Notes under the pieces: model-generated
The model's database searches: none
What the model saw: the letters and a program-made list of their open reading frames with translations, nothing else
Told to the model about the DNA's origin: nothing
Position numbers and translations under genes: made by a program
Shown: in pieces, positions 1 to 10,747 of the stretch
Layout of the letters: every line of letters starts with the position of its first letter
How positions within the stretch are numbered: the first letter of the stretch is position 1
NCBI GenBank assembly: GCA_963726975.1
Contig: CAVSEK010000013.1
Coordinates: 918,938-982,937, forward strand
Direction: 5' to 3'
DNA length: 64,000 nucleotides
Source: an uncultured Actinomycetota bacterium
GTDB lineage: Bacteria; Actinomycetota; Actinomycetes; Mycobacteriales; SCTD01

Positions 1-1038
1 CAGCCCTCACCGGCGCCGCTGCTGCTGGCCGGGCCGCCGGCCGTCGTCCGGTCCTGCCGCGGTCGCGCCGACGGTGCGGTCGACCTGCGCGAGGTGGCAC
101 CGGGCGACGCGCTCGAGGTGGGCGGCTACCGGGCCGTGGCGCTCCCGGCGGCGCACGGCGGGCCGTCCGCGGGTCCCGCGGTCCTCTGGGACCTCACCGG
201 TCCCGACGGCTCCCGGCTCCTCTACGCCACCGACACCGGGCCGATGCCGGCCGGGGCCGTCGAGCAGGCGCGCGACCGGGCGTACGACGCGGTGCTGCTG
301 GAGCTCACCAGCTCCGCGCACGGCGAGCACCTCGACCTCGGGTCCTGGCCGCACCAGGTGCAGCGGCTGCGCGACGTCGGGGCGGTCACCGCCGCGACCC
401 AGGTGGTGGCGGTCCACCTCGGCCACGGCAACCCGGCGCCCGACGTGCTCGACCGCGTGCTCGCCGGCTGGGGCGCCCGGGCCGGCCGCGACGGCGACGT
501 GCTCGAGCTGCCCGGGCCCGCGCCCCGCCGGGTGCTCGTGCTCGGCGGCACGCGCAGCGGGAAGTCGGCGTGGGCCGAGCGCCGGCTGTCCGGTCGCCCC
601 GTGACCTACGTCGCGACGGCGCCAGGGCGTCCGGGCGACGCGGAGTGGGCGGCGCGGGTCGACGCGCACGTGCGCCGCCGTCCGGCCGACTGGCGGACGG
701 TGGAGACGGGCGACGTCGCGGGCGCGCTGCGGGCGGCCCGCTCGCCGGTGCTCGTGGACGACCTGGGGCTGTGGCTGGCCCGCCTGCTCGACGACCGGTC
801 GGCCTGGGACGAGCCGGACGCGGTGTTCGGGCCGGCCCTCGTCGAGCTCGTCGCGGCCTACCGCACGGCGCCCGCCGACGTCGTCGTCGTCGCCCCGGAG
901 GTCGGGTCCGGGGTCGTGCCCGAGCACCGCTCCGGGCGGCTGTTCCGCGACCTGCTCGGCACCGCCACCGCAGCGCTCGCCGCGGCGTCCGACGAGGTCG
1001 TCCAGGTCGTCGCCGGGCTGCCGCGGCGGCTCGTGTGA
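1..1038 (+). CDS. cobU: Adenosylcobinamide kinase/adenosylcobinamide-phosphate guanylyltransferase (CobU/CobP) fused to an N-terminal MBL-fold-like domain; 5' end outside window
   Basis: Frame 1 is open from nt 1 to TGA 1036-1038; track ORF 94..1038 is its tail. The C-terminal half has the P-loop VLVLGGTRSGKSAWAE and the YVATA..D.EW..RV..H..RRP..W.T.E pattern of CobU. The N-terminal half (AAHGG, LLYATDTG, VAVHLGHGNP) resembles an MBL-fold hydrolase. No stop separates the halves. Confidence 0.8.
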   Translation, partial: QPSPAPLLLAGPPAVVRSCRGRADGAVDLREVAPGDALEVGGYRAVALPAAHGGPSAGPAVLWDLTGPDGSRLLYATDTGPMPAGAVEQARDRAYDAVLLELTSSAHGEHLDLGSWPHQVQRLRDVGAVTAATQVVAVHLGHGNPAPDVLDRVLAGWGARAGRDGDVLELPGPAPRRVLVLGGTRSGKSAWAERRLSGRPVTYVATAPGRPGDAEWAARVDAHVRRRPADWRTVETGDVAGALRAARSPVLVDDLGLWLARLLDDRSAWDEPDAVFGPALVELVAAYRTAPADVVVVAPEVGSGVVPEHRSGRLFRDLLGTATAALAAASDEVVQVVAGLPRRLV

Positions 1039-1754
1039 GGACCTTCGCGGTCGAGGACCCGGCACCGGTGCCGCCGGCGCCAGCGACCCTCGGACGCCTC
1101 GGGCTCGTGCTCGAGCGGCTCGCCGCGCAGCAGGGCGCCTGGCCGCCGCGCCGCCCCGCCCGCGTGCAGGTCGCCGCGCCGCCCGCCACCGCGCGCACCG
1201 CCGCCGAGGCGCTCGAGGCCGGGGCCGGGCTCGCCGACCGGCTCGTCGACGAGGGCGCCGACCTGCTCGTCCTGCGCGGCGGCGGCGCCGACGTGCCGGC
1301 CCTCGTCGTGCTGGCCGCCCTGCTCGGGCGCGACCCCGTGTCGGTCGTCGGCACCACCCCCTCCCCCGGCTGGTCGGCGCGCGTGACCGCGGTCCGGGAC
1401 GGGCTGCGGGCCGCCCGCGCCCACCTCGGCGACCCGGTCGCGCTGCTCGGCGCGGCCGGCGCGCTCGACGTCGCCGGGCTCGCCGGCCTGCTGCTGCAGG
1501 CCGGCGCGCGCCGCACCGGCGTGCTGCTGTCGGGCGCACCGGACGTCTGGGCGGCGGCCGTCGCCGGTCAGCGGGTCGCCCCCGAGCTGGGCGGCTGGCT
1601 GCTCGCCGGGGTCGCGCCGCACACCGAGGTGGTGTCGCTGGCGGTCGGCGAGCTGCTGCTGCGACCGCTGCTCGACCTGGGGCTGGACGACCCGCGCGGC
1701 GCCGACCTCGCCCTCGGGGTGCTGCTCGACGGGGTCGGGCTCGCCGGTGCCTGA
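1035..1754 (+). CDS. Short, degenerate CobT-like protein (nicotinate-nucleotide-DMB phosphoribosyltransferase paralogue lacking catalytic motifs)
   Basis: GTG 1035 overlaps the cobU stop (GTGA). It ends at TGA 1752-1754, overlapping cobS GTG 1747. It aligns by eye to the full-length CobT at 56467-57615 (TLGRLGLVLERL ~ ALGVLEDLSVQL; LDVAGLAGLLLQA ~ LEHAALAGFVLGA). It is about 140 aa shorter, and LGEGTGA is replaced by DDPRGAD. Confidence 0.55.
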   Translation: MRTFAVEDPAPVPPAPATLGRLGLVLERLAAQQGAWPPRRPARVQVAAPPATARTAAEALEAGAGLADRLVDEGADLLVLRGGGADVPALVVLAALLGRDPVSVVGTTPSPGWSARVTAVRDGLRAARAHLGDPVALLGAAGALDVAGLAGLLLQAGARRTGVLLSGAPDVWAAAVAGQRVAPELGGWLLAGVAPHTEVVSLAVGELLLRPLLDLGLDDPRGADLALGVLLDGVGLAGA

Positions 1755-2487
1755 CGCGGCGGCCCTGCGGCTGGCCCTGACGACGCTCACCGTGCTGCCC
1801 GTCCGGGGTCCCGCGGTCCTGGACCGCCGGGTGGCCGGCGGTGCCATGGTGCTGGCGCCGGCGGTCGGGCTCCTGCTCGGGCTGACCGCGGCCGGCGTGC
1901 TGGCCGGCCTGCGCAGCGCCGGCGCCGGGGACCTGCTCGCCGCGGTGGCGGCGGTGGCGGTCCTCGCGGCCGCGACGCGCGGCCTGCACCTCGACGGCCT
2001 GGCCGACACCGCCGACGGGCTGGCGTCCTACCTGCCCGCGGAGCGTGCCCGCGAGGTGATGAAGGCCCCGGACGTCGGCGCGCTGGGGATGGTCGCGGTG
2101 GTGCTCGACCTGGCGCTGCAGGCGGCCGCCCTGTCGGTCGCCCCGGCGGTCGCGCTCGTCCTGGCCGGGCTGGTCTCCCGCACGGCGGTCGCGGGCGCGT
2201 GCACGTCGCGCACGCCCCCCGCCAGCGCCGGGGGCCTCGGTGCGCTGGTGGCCGGCACGGTCCGGCCGGCCGCGGCGTACGGCTGGTGCGCGGCGGCCGT
2301 CGTCGCCGGCGGCCTGCTCGACGGGCTGCGCGGCGCGGCGGCCGCCGCGGTCGCCCTGCTGCTCGCCGAGGCCCTGCGCGCGCACGCGGTGCGCCGGCTC
2401 GGCGGGGTCACGGGCGACGTGCTCGGCGCGCTGGTCGAGACGGCCACGACCGCCGTCCTGGTCGTCTCGGCGCTGGGCGCCGCCTGA
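1747..2487 (+). CDS. cobS: Adenosylcobinamide-GDP ribazoletransferase (cobalamin synthase)
   Basis: Track ORF 1747..2487. Polytopic membrane protein with the TRGLHLDGLADTADGL motif characteristic of CobS. Confidence 0.9.
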   Translation: MPDAAALRLALTTLTVLPVRGPAVLDRRVAGGAMVLAPAVGLLLGLTAAGVLAGLRSAGAGDLLAAVAAVAVLAAATRGLHLDGLADTADGLASYLPAERAREVMKAPDVGALGMVAVVLDLALQAAALSVAPAVALVLAGLVSRTAVAGACTSRTPPASAGGLGALVAGTVRPAAAYGWCAAAVVAGGLLDGLRGAAAAAVALLLAEALRAHAVRRLGGVTGDVLGALVETATTAVLVVSALGAA

Positions 2488-2536
2488 GCCGCGCGCCTCC
2501 CCGCCGGGACGGGCGGGCGCTGCCACACTCCGGGCC

Positions 2537-3309
2537 ATGCGGCTGGCGGTGTGCTCGTCCAAGGGCGGTGTCGGCAAGACCTCGACGGCGGCCAACCTCG
2601 CCGCCGTCCTCGGGTTCCCGCGGCCGGGTCCTGGCCGTCGACGTCGACCCGCAGGACAGCCTCGGGCGGGCGTTCGGGGTGGTCGCGAAGGCCGCCGACG
2701 ACTCGCTCGCGGCGCTGCTCGACGGCAGCGGCACCGACGCCCGCTCGGTCGTGCGGCGCGACGTGGCCCCCGGCGTCGACGTGCTGCCCGCGCACCCGGC
2801 CGCCGAGGCCGCGGCCCGGCGGCTCGCGGCCGACGGCGGGCTCACCACCAGCCTGCGGCGCGCGCTGCGCCCGCTGCTCGCCGACTACGACCACGTCGTC
2901 CTCGACACCCACGGCGATCTCGGGCACCTCACGCTCGCGGCCGTCTGCGCCGCCGACTCCGTGCTGACGGTCTTCACCAGCGACCCGGGCTCGGCGCTGG
3001 GCGCCGTGCGCGTCGCCGGCTTCGTCGAGCAGCACCGCGGCTTCGAGAACACCTCGGCCGTGCTCGTCGGGCGTCGCCTGCTCGTCCTGGGACCGCGACG
3101 GCCGGGCGGCCCGCGAGGTGGCCGGCGCCCTCGAGGGGGCCGGGCTGCCGCTGCTGCCGACCCGGGTGCCGGTGTCCCGGCGGGTGCCGAGCGCGACGCT
3201 CGCCAAGCGCCCCGTCGTGCTGTCCCACCCCTCCAGCCCGGTGGCCGCGGCCTACCGGGCGCTCACCGACGACGTGCTCGCCGCCTACGACCGGGAGGTG
3301 TCGCGATGA
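2537..3309 (+). pseudogene. ParA/MinD-like P-loop ATPase, two frameshifts
   Basis: ATG 2537. The deviant Walker A MRLAVCSSKGGVGKTSTAANLAAVLG is in frame 2. RVLAVDVDPQDSLG...DYDHVVLDTHGDLG...ENTSAVLVG follows in frame 3 (shift near 2610, GGG run). WDRDGRAAREVAGALEGAGLPLLPTRVPVSRRV...AAYRAL follows in frame 1 (shift near 3070, GGG run). Stop is TGA 3307-3309. Confidence 0.75.
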
Positions 3310-3521
3310 GCGACCTGCTCGCCGACCTGCAGGTGGACCGCTCCCGCACCGCTCCGCCCCCGCCCGCTCCTGCGCCCGGCGCTCCGGCCGCTCGGACGAC
3401 GGCGCCCGTGCTCGCGCTGCGGGTCACCCCGCTGCACTGGACGCGCCCCTCGCTGCAGGTCGGGCGATCGAGCTGGTCGGCCGCCGCGGGCCCGGTGCGC
3501 CTGGAGCTGCAGCTGCGCTGA
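3305..3521 (+). CDS. Small hypothetical protein translationally coupled to the ParA-like gene
   Basis: ATG 3305 overlaps the ParA-like stop (ATGA). It has 71 codons with high GC3. No domain was recognised. Confidence 0.4.
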
Positions 3522-3538
3522 CCCGGGGCGGCCCCGGG

Positions 3539-4631
3539 TCAGCGCACCCGGCTGGGCACGAAGGGCGGGCGCACGACCCGCACCCGCGACGTGCGGCCGC
3601 GCACGTCGACCGTCAGCTCGTCGCCCTCGGCGGTGCCGCGCTCCAGCAGGGCCAGGGCGATCCCGACGCGCCGGGTCGGCGAGAACGTGCCGCTGGTGAC
3701 CTCGCCGACGACCCGGCCGTCCCGGGAGACCAGCATGTGCGCGCGCGGGATGCCGCGGTCGAGCGCCTCGAGGCCCCACAGCGAGCGCGCCGCTCCCTCG
3801 GACCGCTCGCGGAGCAGCACGTCGCGACCCCAGAACGCGGGCTTGTCCCAGCCGACCGCCCACGTCGCGCGCGCCTGCACCGGCGTGATCTGCAGCGACA
3901 GGTCCTGCCCGTGCAGCGGGTAGCCCATCTCGGTCCGCAACGTGTCGCGTGCCCCGAGCCCGCACGGCGCCGCACCGGCCGCGAGCACGGCGTCCCAGAG
4001 CTCGCCCGCCTCGTCCCAGCGCGGCAGCAGCTCGTAGCCGCGCTCGCCCGTGTAGCCGGTCCGGCACACCACGACCGGCTGGCCGCGCCAGTGCGCGCCG
4101 GCGAAGCTCATGTAGTCGTGGTCCGTCGGCAGCCCGAGCTCCTCGACGACCCGGGGGCTGTCCGGCCCCTGCACGGCGAGCACGGCCATCGAGCGGTGCA
4201 GGTCCTCGACCTCGATGCCTCCCGGCGCGTCCTGGGCGAGCAGCCCGACGACCGCGGACGTGTTGGCCGCGTTCGGGATGAGGAAGACCTCCTCCTCGCC
4301 GCGGACGTAGGCGATGAGGTCGTCCACGACGCCGCCGGTCCGGTCGTCCAGGCACAGCGTGTACTGCGCCTGTCCGGTGCCGACCCTGCGCAGGTCGTTG
4401 GTGAGCCGGGCGTTCACGAAGTCCAGCGCCGTGACCCCGTCCGGTGCGGCCGCGCACGACCCCCTTGCCGAGGTGGCTGACGTCGAAGACGCCCACCCGC
4501 TCCCGGACCGCCGCGTGCTCCTCCAGCACCCCCGCGTACTGGATGGGCATGTCCCAGCCGCCGAAGTCGCCGGTGCGCGCGCCGAGCGCGACGTGCCGGT
4601 CGTACAGGGGGCTGCGCTGCAGGTCGGCCAT
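3539..4631 (-). pseudogene. gcvT: Glycine cleavage system aminomethyltransferase (T protein), one frameshift
   Basis: ATG at 4631 opens [32 protein letters not shown]...[13 protein letters not shown] in one frame. The remainder ([20 protein letters not shown]...[11 protein letters not shown]...VPSRVR*) is in track ORF 3539..4858. The frames switch near 4450-4465. The 1093-nt span is not a multiple of 3. Confidence 0.85.
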
Positions 4632-4698
4632 GCGCCGCAACCTACCGAGCGGCCGGGCACGACCGCCCGTACGGGCGAGCGGGTGCGAGGCTGGGCCG

Positions 4699-5240
4699 GT
4701 GCCGCCTCCCGCTCCCCGCTGCGTCGTCGTGATGGGCGTGTCGGGCTCCGGCAAGACGACGGTCGCCCGGGGCGTCGCGGAAGCGCTGGGCTGGCCCTAC
4801 CGCGAGGGCGACGACCTGCACCCGCCGGCCAACGTCGCGAAGATGGCGGCCGGCACACCGCTGACCGACGCCGACCGGGAGCCCTGGCTGCGGCGGGTCG
4901 CCGAGGTGATCGGTGCGGCCGAGGCCGAGGGCGAGGGCCTCGTGCTCACCTGCTCCGCGCTGCGGCACCGCTACCGCGACGTGCTGCGCGACGGGCACCC
5001 GTCGGTGTGGTTCGCCCACGTGGCGCCCGACGCCCAGGTGCTGCGCGACCGGCTCGCCCGGCGGCGCGGCCACTTCATGCCGGCGTCGCTGCTGGACAGC
5101 CAGCTCGCCACGCTCGAACCCCTGGGACCCGACGAGCCGGGGACGGCGGTCGACAGCGCCGGCGGTCCGGAGCAGGTGGTCGCCGCGGTGCTCACCGCCC
5201 TCCGGGGCGACACGGGGTCGCCCTCGAGTCGGCCGGGTGA
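4699..5240 (+). pseudogene. gntK: Gluconokinase (GntK family), probable frameshift near the 3' end
   Basis: GTG 4699. The P-loop [15 protein letters not shown] and gluconokinase-like body ([42 protein letters not shown]) are in frame 1. Frame 1 has no stop until 6723. A frame-3 TGA at 5238-5240 overlaps pepA GTG 5237 (GTGA), which implies a 1-nt shift in the G-runs around 5205-5218. Confidence 0.65.
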
Positions 5241-6723
5241 CCACACTCGCGCTGTCCTCCTCCTCCGCCGCCACCGTGCGCGCGGACGCCGTCGTCGTCG
5301 GCGTCGCCCAGGGCCCGCGCGGCCCGGTCCTGGTCCCGGGCGGCGAGAGCGTCGCCGACGCGTTCGGCAAGGGGCTGCTCCCGGCGCTGACCGGGCTGGG
5401 CGCGACCGGCAGGGCCGGCGAGGTCACCCGCATGGCCACCCTGGGGGTGCTCAAGGCACCGGTGCTCGTCGCCGTCGGGCTCGGCCCGGTCGCCAAGACC
5501 TACGACGACGAGGCCGTCCGCCGGGCGACCGGCGCGGCGGTGCGCGCCCTCGCGGGCACGGGGAAGGTCGCGCTCGCCCTGTCCCTGACGGGGGCGGTGC
5601 GGCCGGTCGCCGAGGGCGCGCTGCTCGGCGCGTACGCCTTCACGGCCTTCCGCTCGGCCGCGTCCGCCGCGGAGGTCCGCTCGCCGGTGGAGCAGGTCTC
5701 GCTGCTCGTCACGAGCACCCGGGACGCCGACGCCAAGGCCGCCGTGTCGCGCGCGGAGGTCGTCTGCGAGGCGGTGCTCCTGGCCCGCGACCTCGTCAAC
5801 ACGCCCCCGTCGCACCTGCACCCCGCCGAGCTCGCGGAGGTGGCCCGCACCCGGTGCACCGCACTCGGGCTGGACGTCGAGGTGCTCGACGAGAAGGCCC
5901 TCAGGAAGGGCGCCTTCGGGGGCGTGCTCGGGGTCGGGCAGGGTTCGGTGCACCCGCCGCGCATGGTGCACGTGTCCTACCGCGGCGGCGGTCCCAAGGT
6001 CGCCCTGGTCGGCAAGGGCATCACCTTCGACTCCGGTGGCCTGTCGCTCAAGCCGGCCGCGGCCATGGAGGACATGAAGTCCGACATGGGGGGTGCCGCG
6101 GCCGTCCTGGCCACCATGACCGCGGTGGCGCAGCTCGGGCTGGCCGTCGACGTCGACGCCTGGATCCCCATGGCGGAGAACATGCCGAGCGGGACGGCGA
6201 TCCGCCCCTCCGACGTCCTCACCCTGCGCGGCGGCACCCGGGTCGAGGTGAACAACACCGACGCCGAGGGACGCCTCATCCTCGCCGACGCCATCGCCCG
6301 TGCGGGGGAGGACTCCCCCGAGGTGCTGCTCGACGTCGCGACGCTCACCGGCGCGCAGCTCGTCGCCCTCGGCGCGCGCACCGCAGGCGTCATGGGCAAC
6401 GACGACGCCCTCCGCAGCTCGGTCGTCGCCGCGGCGGGCCGGGCGGGCGAGGCCATGTGGGGCATGCCGCTGCCCCCGAGCTGCGCAAGGGCCTGGACTC
6501 CGAGGTCGCCGACATGCTCAACAGCGGTCCGCGCGAGGGCGGCATGCTCACCGCCGGCCTGTTCCTCCAGGACTTCGTCCCCGAGGGCGTCCGCTGGGCG
6601 CACGTCGACATCGCCGGGCCCGCCTACAACACCGGCACCGCGTACGGCTACACCCCCAAGGGCGGGACGGGCGCGGCGGTGCGCACCTTCGTGCAGGTGC
6701 TCGAGGAGCTCGCCGCCGGCTGA
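5237..6723 (+). pseudogene. pepA: Leucyl (M17) aminopeptidase, one frameshift
   Basis: GTG 5237 (VTTLALSSSS...). The M17 motifs VGKGITFDSGG and NTDAEGRLILAD are in frame 2. After ...AMWGMPLPP (C-run about 6473-6477) the conserved C-terminus ELRKGLDSEVADM...HVDIAGPA...VLEELAAG* continues in frame 1 to 6723. Confidence 0.85.
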
Positions 6724-6832
6724 CCACGTCCGGCACCGGGACCCTCGCACCTGATCGCCTCACCCGTACGGCCCTGCGAGCCGCAGGCGCGAGCGCCGAC
6801 AGGACGAGGAGTCCCGCCGACCGGAGGTCCCC

Positions 6833-7656
6833 GTGCCCGCTCCCCTGCTCGCCCTGCTCGCGCTCAAGGCCAAGCTCACCAGTGCCGCCGTGGTCGGGAC
6901 GGTGCTCGCGACCGCCACCGTGGGCGGCTCGGCCGTCGCCCTCGCGGCCGTCTCCTCGCCGGCACCGCAGCCGGTCGCCACGGCTGCCCAGGACGACGCG
7001 GCGGAGCCACCGGTCGCTCCGCTCGAGGGGGACCCGGCTGCCGCGCCGGTCGGTGCCGAGAGTGCCGACGACGACACCCCGGCCGACGGCGGGGACGCCC
7101 TCGACGACCCTGCCGGCGAGCCCGGCGACGACTCCGGCGACGACCTGCCGACGAGCCCGGCGGGGACACGCCTGCCGACCCCGCGTCCGACGGGGCGGGC
7201 TGCACCGGCAACCACGGACAGCACGTGTCGTCGGTCGCCCGGGCCGGGGGCGACGTCCGTACGGCCGCGCACGACGACTGCGGCAAGGGGGCCGGGCACG
7301 ACGCCACCGGCAGGACAGACCGAGACACCGACAACACCGGCAAGGCCGCCGACGACGCCGACGCCGACGAGCAGGGGCACGGCAAGCAGCCGGGGGCCGC
7401 GCCGTCGGGTCCCCCCGCGCCCGGCGGGGGGACCTCGGGCAAGAAGGCCCCCGGCACGAAGGCACCCGGCACGACCTCCGGCACGAAGACCGCCGAGCCG
7501 GCCCGGTCCGGGGCGTCGTCGGGCGGCGGGACGCGCAAGCACGCCGCCGAGGCACCGGCCGCACCGGCCGGGTCGCAGGGGGGCGACCGCACCTCGGGCG
7601 GGCACGGCGGCGGGGACGGCCGCGGGGGTCGCGGCGACGGGGGGTCGAAGGGCTAG
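6833..7656 (+). pseudogene. Hypothetical membrane-anchored/secreted acidic Pro/Gly-rich protein, one frameshift
   Basis: GTG 6833. The hydrophobic N-terminus LLALLALKAKLTSAAVVGTVLATATVGG and then an Asp/Pro-rich region are in frame 2. After ...GDDSGDD (about 7143) sense continues in frame 1 (PADEPGGDTPADPASDGAGCTGNHGQHVSSVARAGGDV...GGSKG*). No family was recognised. Confidence 0.45.
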
Positions 7657-7782
7657 CCGGACAGCAGGGGACGCCGCCCGCGGGAATGCCGCGGGGCCGA
7701 TGGCGACCTGTACTCCTCAGGTGGGAACATGACCCGGGCGCCGTCACGAGCAGCGCCCGCCGGACCTGCGGAGGAGCACGCC

Positions 7783-9159
7783 GTGACTGAGACCCAGCCC
7801 GTCGACCTCGTCGTCCTCGGCGGCGGCAGCGGGGGCTACGCCGCCGCCCTGCGCGCCGCCGAGCTCGGGATGAGCGTCGTGATGGTCGAGAAGGACAAGG
7901 TCGGCGGCACCTGCCTGCACCGCGGCTGCATCCCGACCAAGGCGCTGCTGCACTCCGCCGAGATCGTCGACACGTTCAAGGACTCCAGCCAGTTCGGCGT
8001 CCTCGGCTCGTTCGACAAGGTCGACATGGCGGGCGTCAACGCCTACAAGTCCAAGGTCGTCGAGGGGCTGTTCAAGGGCCTCACCGGTCTGGTCAAGAGC
8101 CGCAAGATCGAGGTCGTCCAGGGCACCGGCCGGCTGGTCTCCCCCACCGCCGTCGAGGTCGACGGGCGCACGGTCGAGGCCGGCCACGTCCTGCTCGCCA
8201 CCGGCTCGGTGCCCCGCTCGCTGCCCGGCCTGGAGATCGACCACGAGCGGGTCATCACCAGCGACGACGCGCTCGGGCTCGAGACGATCCCGGGCTCGGT
8301 GGTCGTGCTCGGCGCCGGCGCGATCGGCTGCGAGTTCGCGTCGGTGTGGAGCTCGTTCGGCGCCGAGGTGACCATCGTCGAGGCGCTGCCGCACCTCGTG
8401 CCCCTGGAGGAGGAGAGCAGCAGCAAGCTGCTCGAGCGGGCCTTCCGCAAGCACGGCATCAAGCAGGAGCTCGGCGCCCGGTTCGAGAAGGTCGAGCCGA
8501 CCGAGCAGGGCGTCCGGGTCAGCCTCGAGGGCGGCAAGACGATCGAGGCCGAGCTGCTGCTCGTCGCCATCGGCCGGGGTCCGGTCAGCAAGGACCTGGG
8601 CTACGAGCAGGCCGGCGTCGAGATGGAGCGCGGCTTCGTCAAGGTCGACGCGTACTGCCAGACGAACATCCCGACCATCAGCGCCGTCGGCGACCTCATC
8701 CCGACGCTGCAGCTCGCCCACGTCGGCTTCGCCGAGGGCATCCTCGTCGCGGAGCGGCTCGCCGGGCTGCCCGTCGCCCCGATCGACTACGACGGCGTCC
8801 CCCGGGTCACCTACTCGCACCCGGAGGTGGCCTCCGTCGGGCTGACCCGCAAGGTCGCCGAGGAGCGCGGCTACGAGGTGGTCGAGGCGACGTACGACCT
8901 CGCCGGCAACGGGAAGGCCCGCATCCTGGGCACGTCCGGCGCCGTGAAGGTGCTGGCGAGCAAGGACGGCCCGGTGATCGGCGTGCACATGGTCGGCGAG
9001 CGGGTCGGCGAGCTCATCGCCGAGGCGCAGCTCATCACCAACTGGGAGGCGCTGCCGAGCGAGGTCGCGCAGCTCATCCACCCGCACCCGACGATGTCCG
9101 AGGCCGTCGGCGAGGCCCACCTCGCCCTGGCCGGCAAGCCGCTGCACAGCCACGCCTGA
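7783..9159 (+). CDS. lpdA: Dihydrolipoyl dehydrogenase (E3)
   Basis: GGAGGAG at 7770-7776 is followed by GTG 7783. Motifs: VDLVVLGGGSGGY (FAD), redox-active GGTCLHRGCIPTK, VVVLGAGAIGCEF (NAD) and C-terminal HPHPTMSE. Confidence 0.9.
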   Translation: MTETQPVDLVVLGGGSGGYAAALRAAELGMSVVMVEKDKVGGTCLHRGCIPTKALLHSAEIVDTFKDSSQFGVLGSFDKVDMAGVNAYKSKVVEGLFKGLTGLVKSRKIEVVQGTGRLVSPTAVEVDGRTVEAGHVLLATGSVPRSLPGLEIDHERVITSDDALGLETIPGSVVVLGAGAIGCEFASVWSSFGAEVTIVEALPHLVPLEEESSSKLLERAFRKHGIKQELGARFEKVEPTEQGVRVSLEGGKTIEAELLLVAIGRGPVSKDLGYEQAGVEMERGFVKVDAYCQTNIPTISAVGDLIPTLQLAHVGFAEGILVAERLAGLPVAPIDYDGVPRVTYSHPEVASVGLTRKVAEERGYEVVEATYDLAGNGKARILGTSGAVKVLASKDGPVIGVHMVGERVGELIAEAQLITNWEALPSEVAQLIHPHPTMSEAVGEAHLALAGKPLHSHA

Positions 9160-9213
9160 CCGACCGCCGACCGCACCCCGCTGACCGCACCCCCTGAGGA
9201 GCCCACACCCACC

Positions 9214-10684
<1,471 letters not shown>

Positions 10685-10695
10685 TCCGCCACCCT

Positions 10696-10736
10696 CCCGC
10701 AGGGCCCGCCGCTCCCGGAGCGGCGGGCCCTGCGGG
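10696..10736 (+). terminator. Strong hairpin after sucB (putative intrinsic terminator)
   Basis: Perfect 19-bp stem cccgcagggcccgccgctc / gagcggcgggccctgcggg with a 3-nt loop. It starts 12 nt after the sucB stop and is followed by cttc. Confidence 0.65.
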
Positions 10737-10747
10737 CTTCGGGCAGG

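Noticed and set aside
7-2595. Very long antisense or off-frame ORFs, for example 7..2595(-), 23835..26906(+), 38978..42943(+), 24385..27144(-) and 50689..52641(-).
   Set aside because: Their translations are Arg/Ala/Pro/Gly-rich low-complexity strings with no motifs. They overlap genes with clear family signatures on the other strand or frame. This is the typical stop-codon-poor artefact of very high GC DNA.
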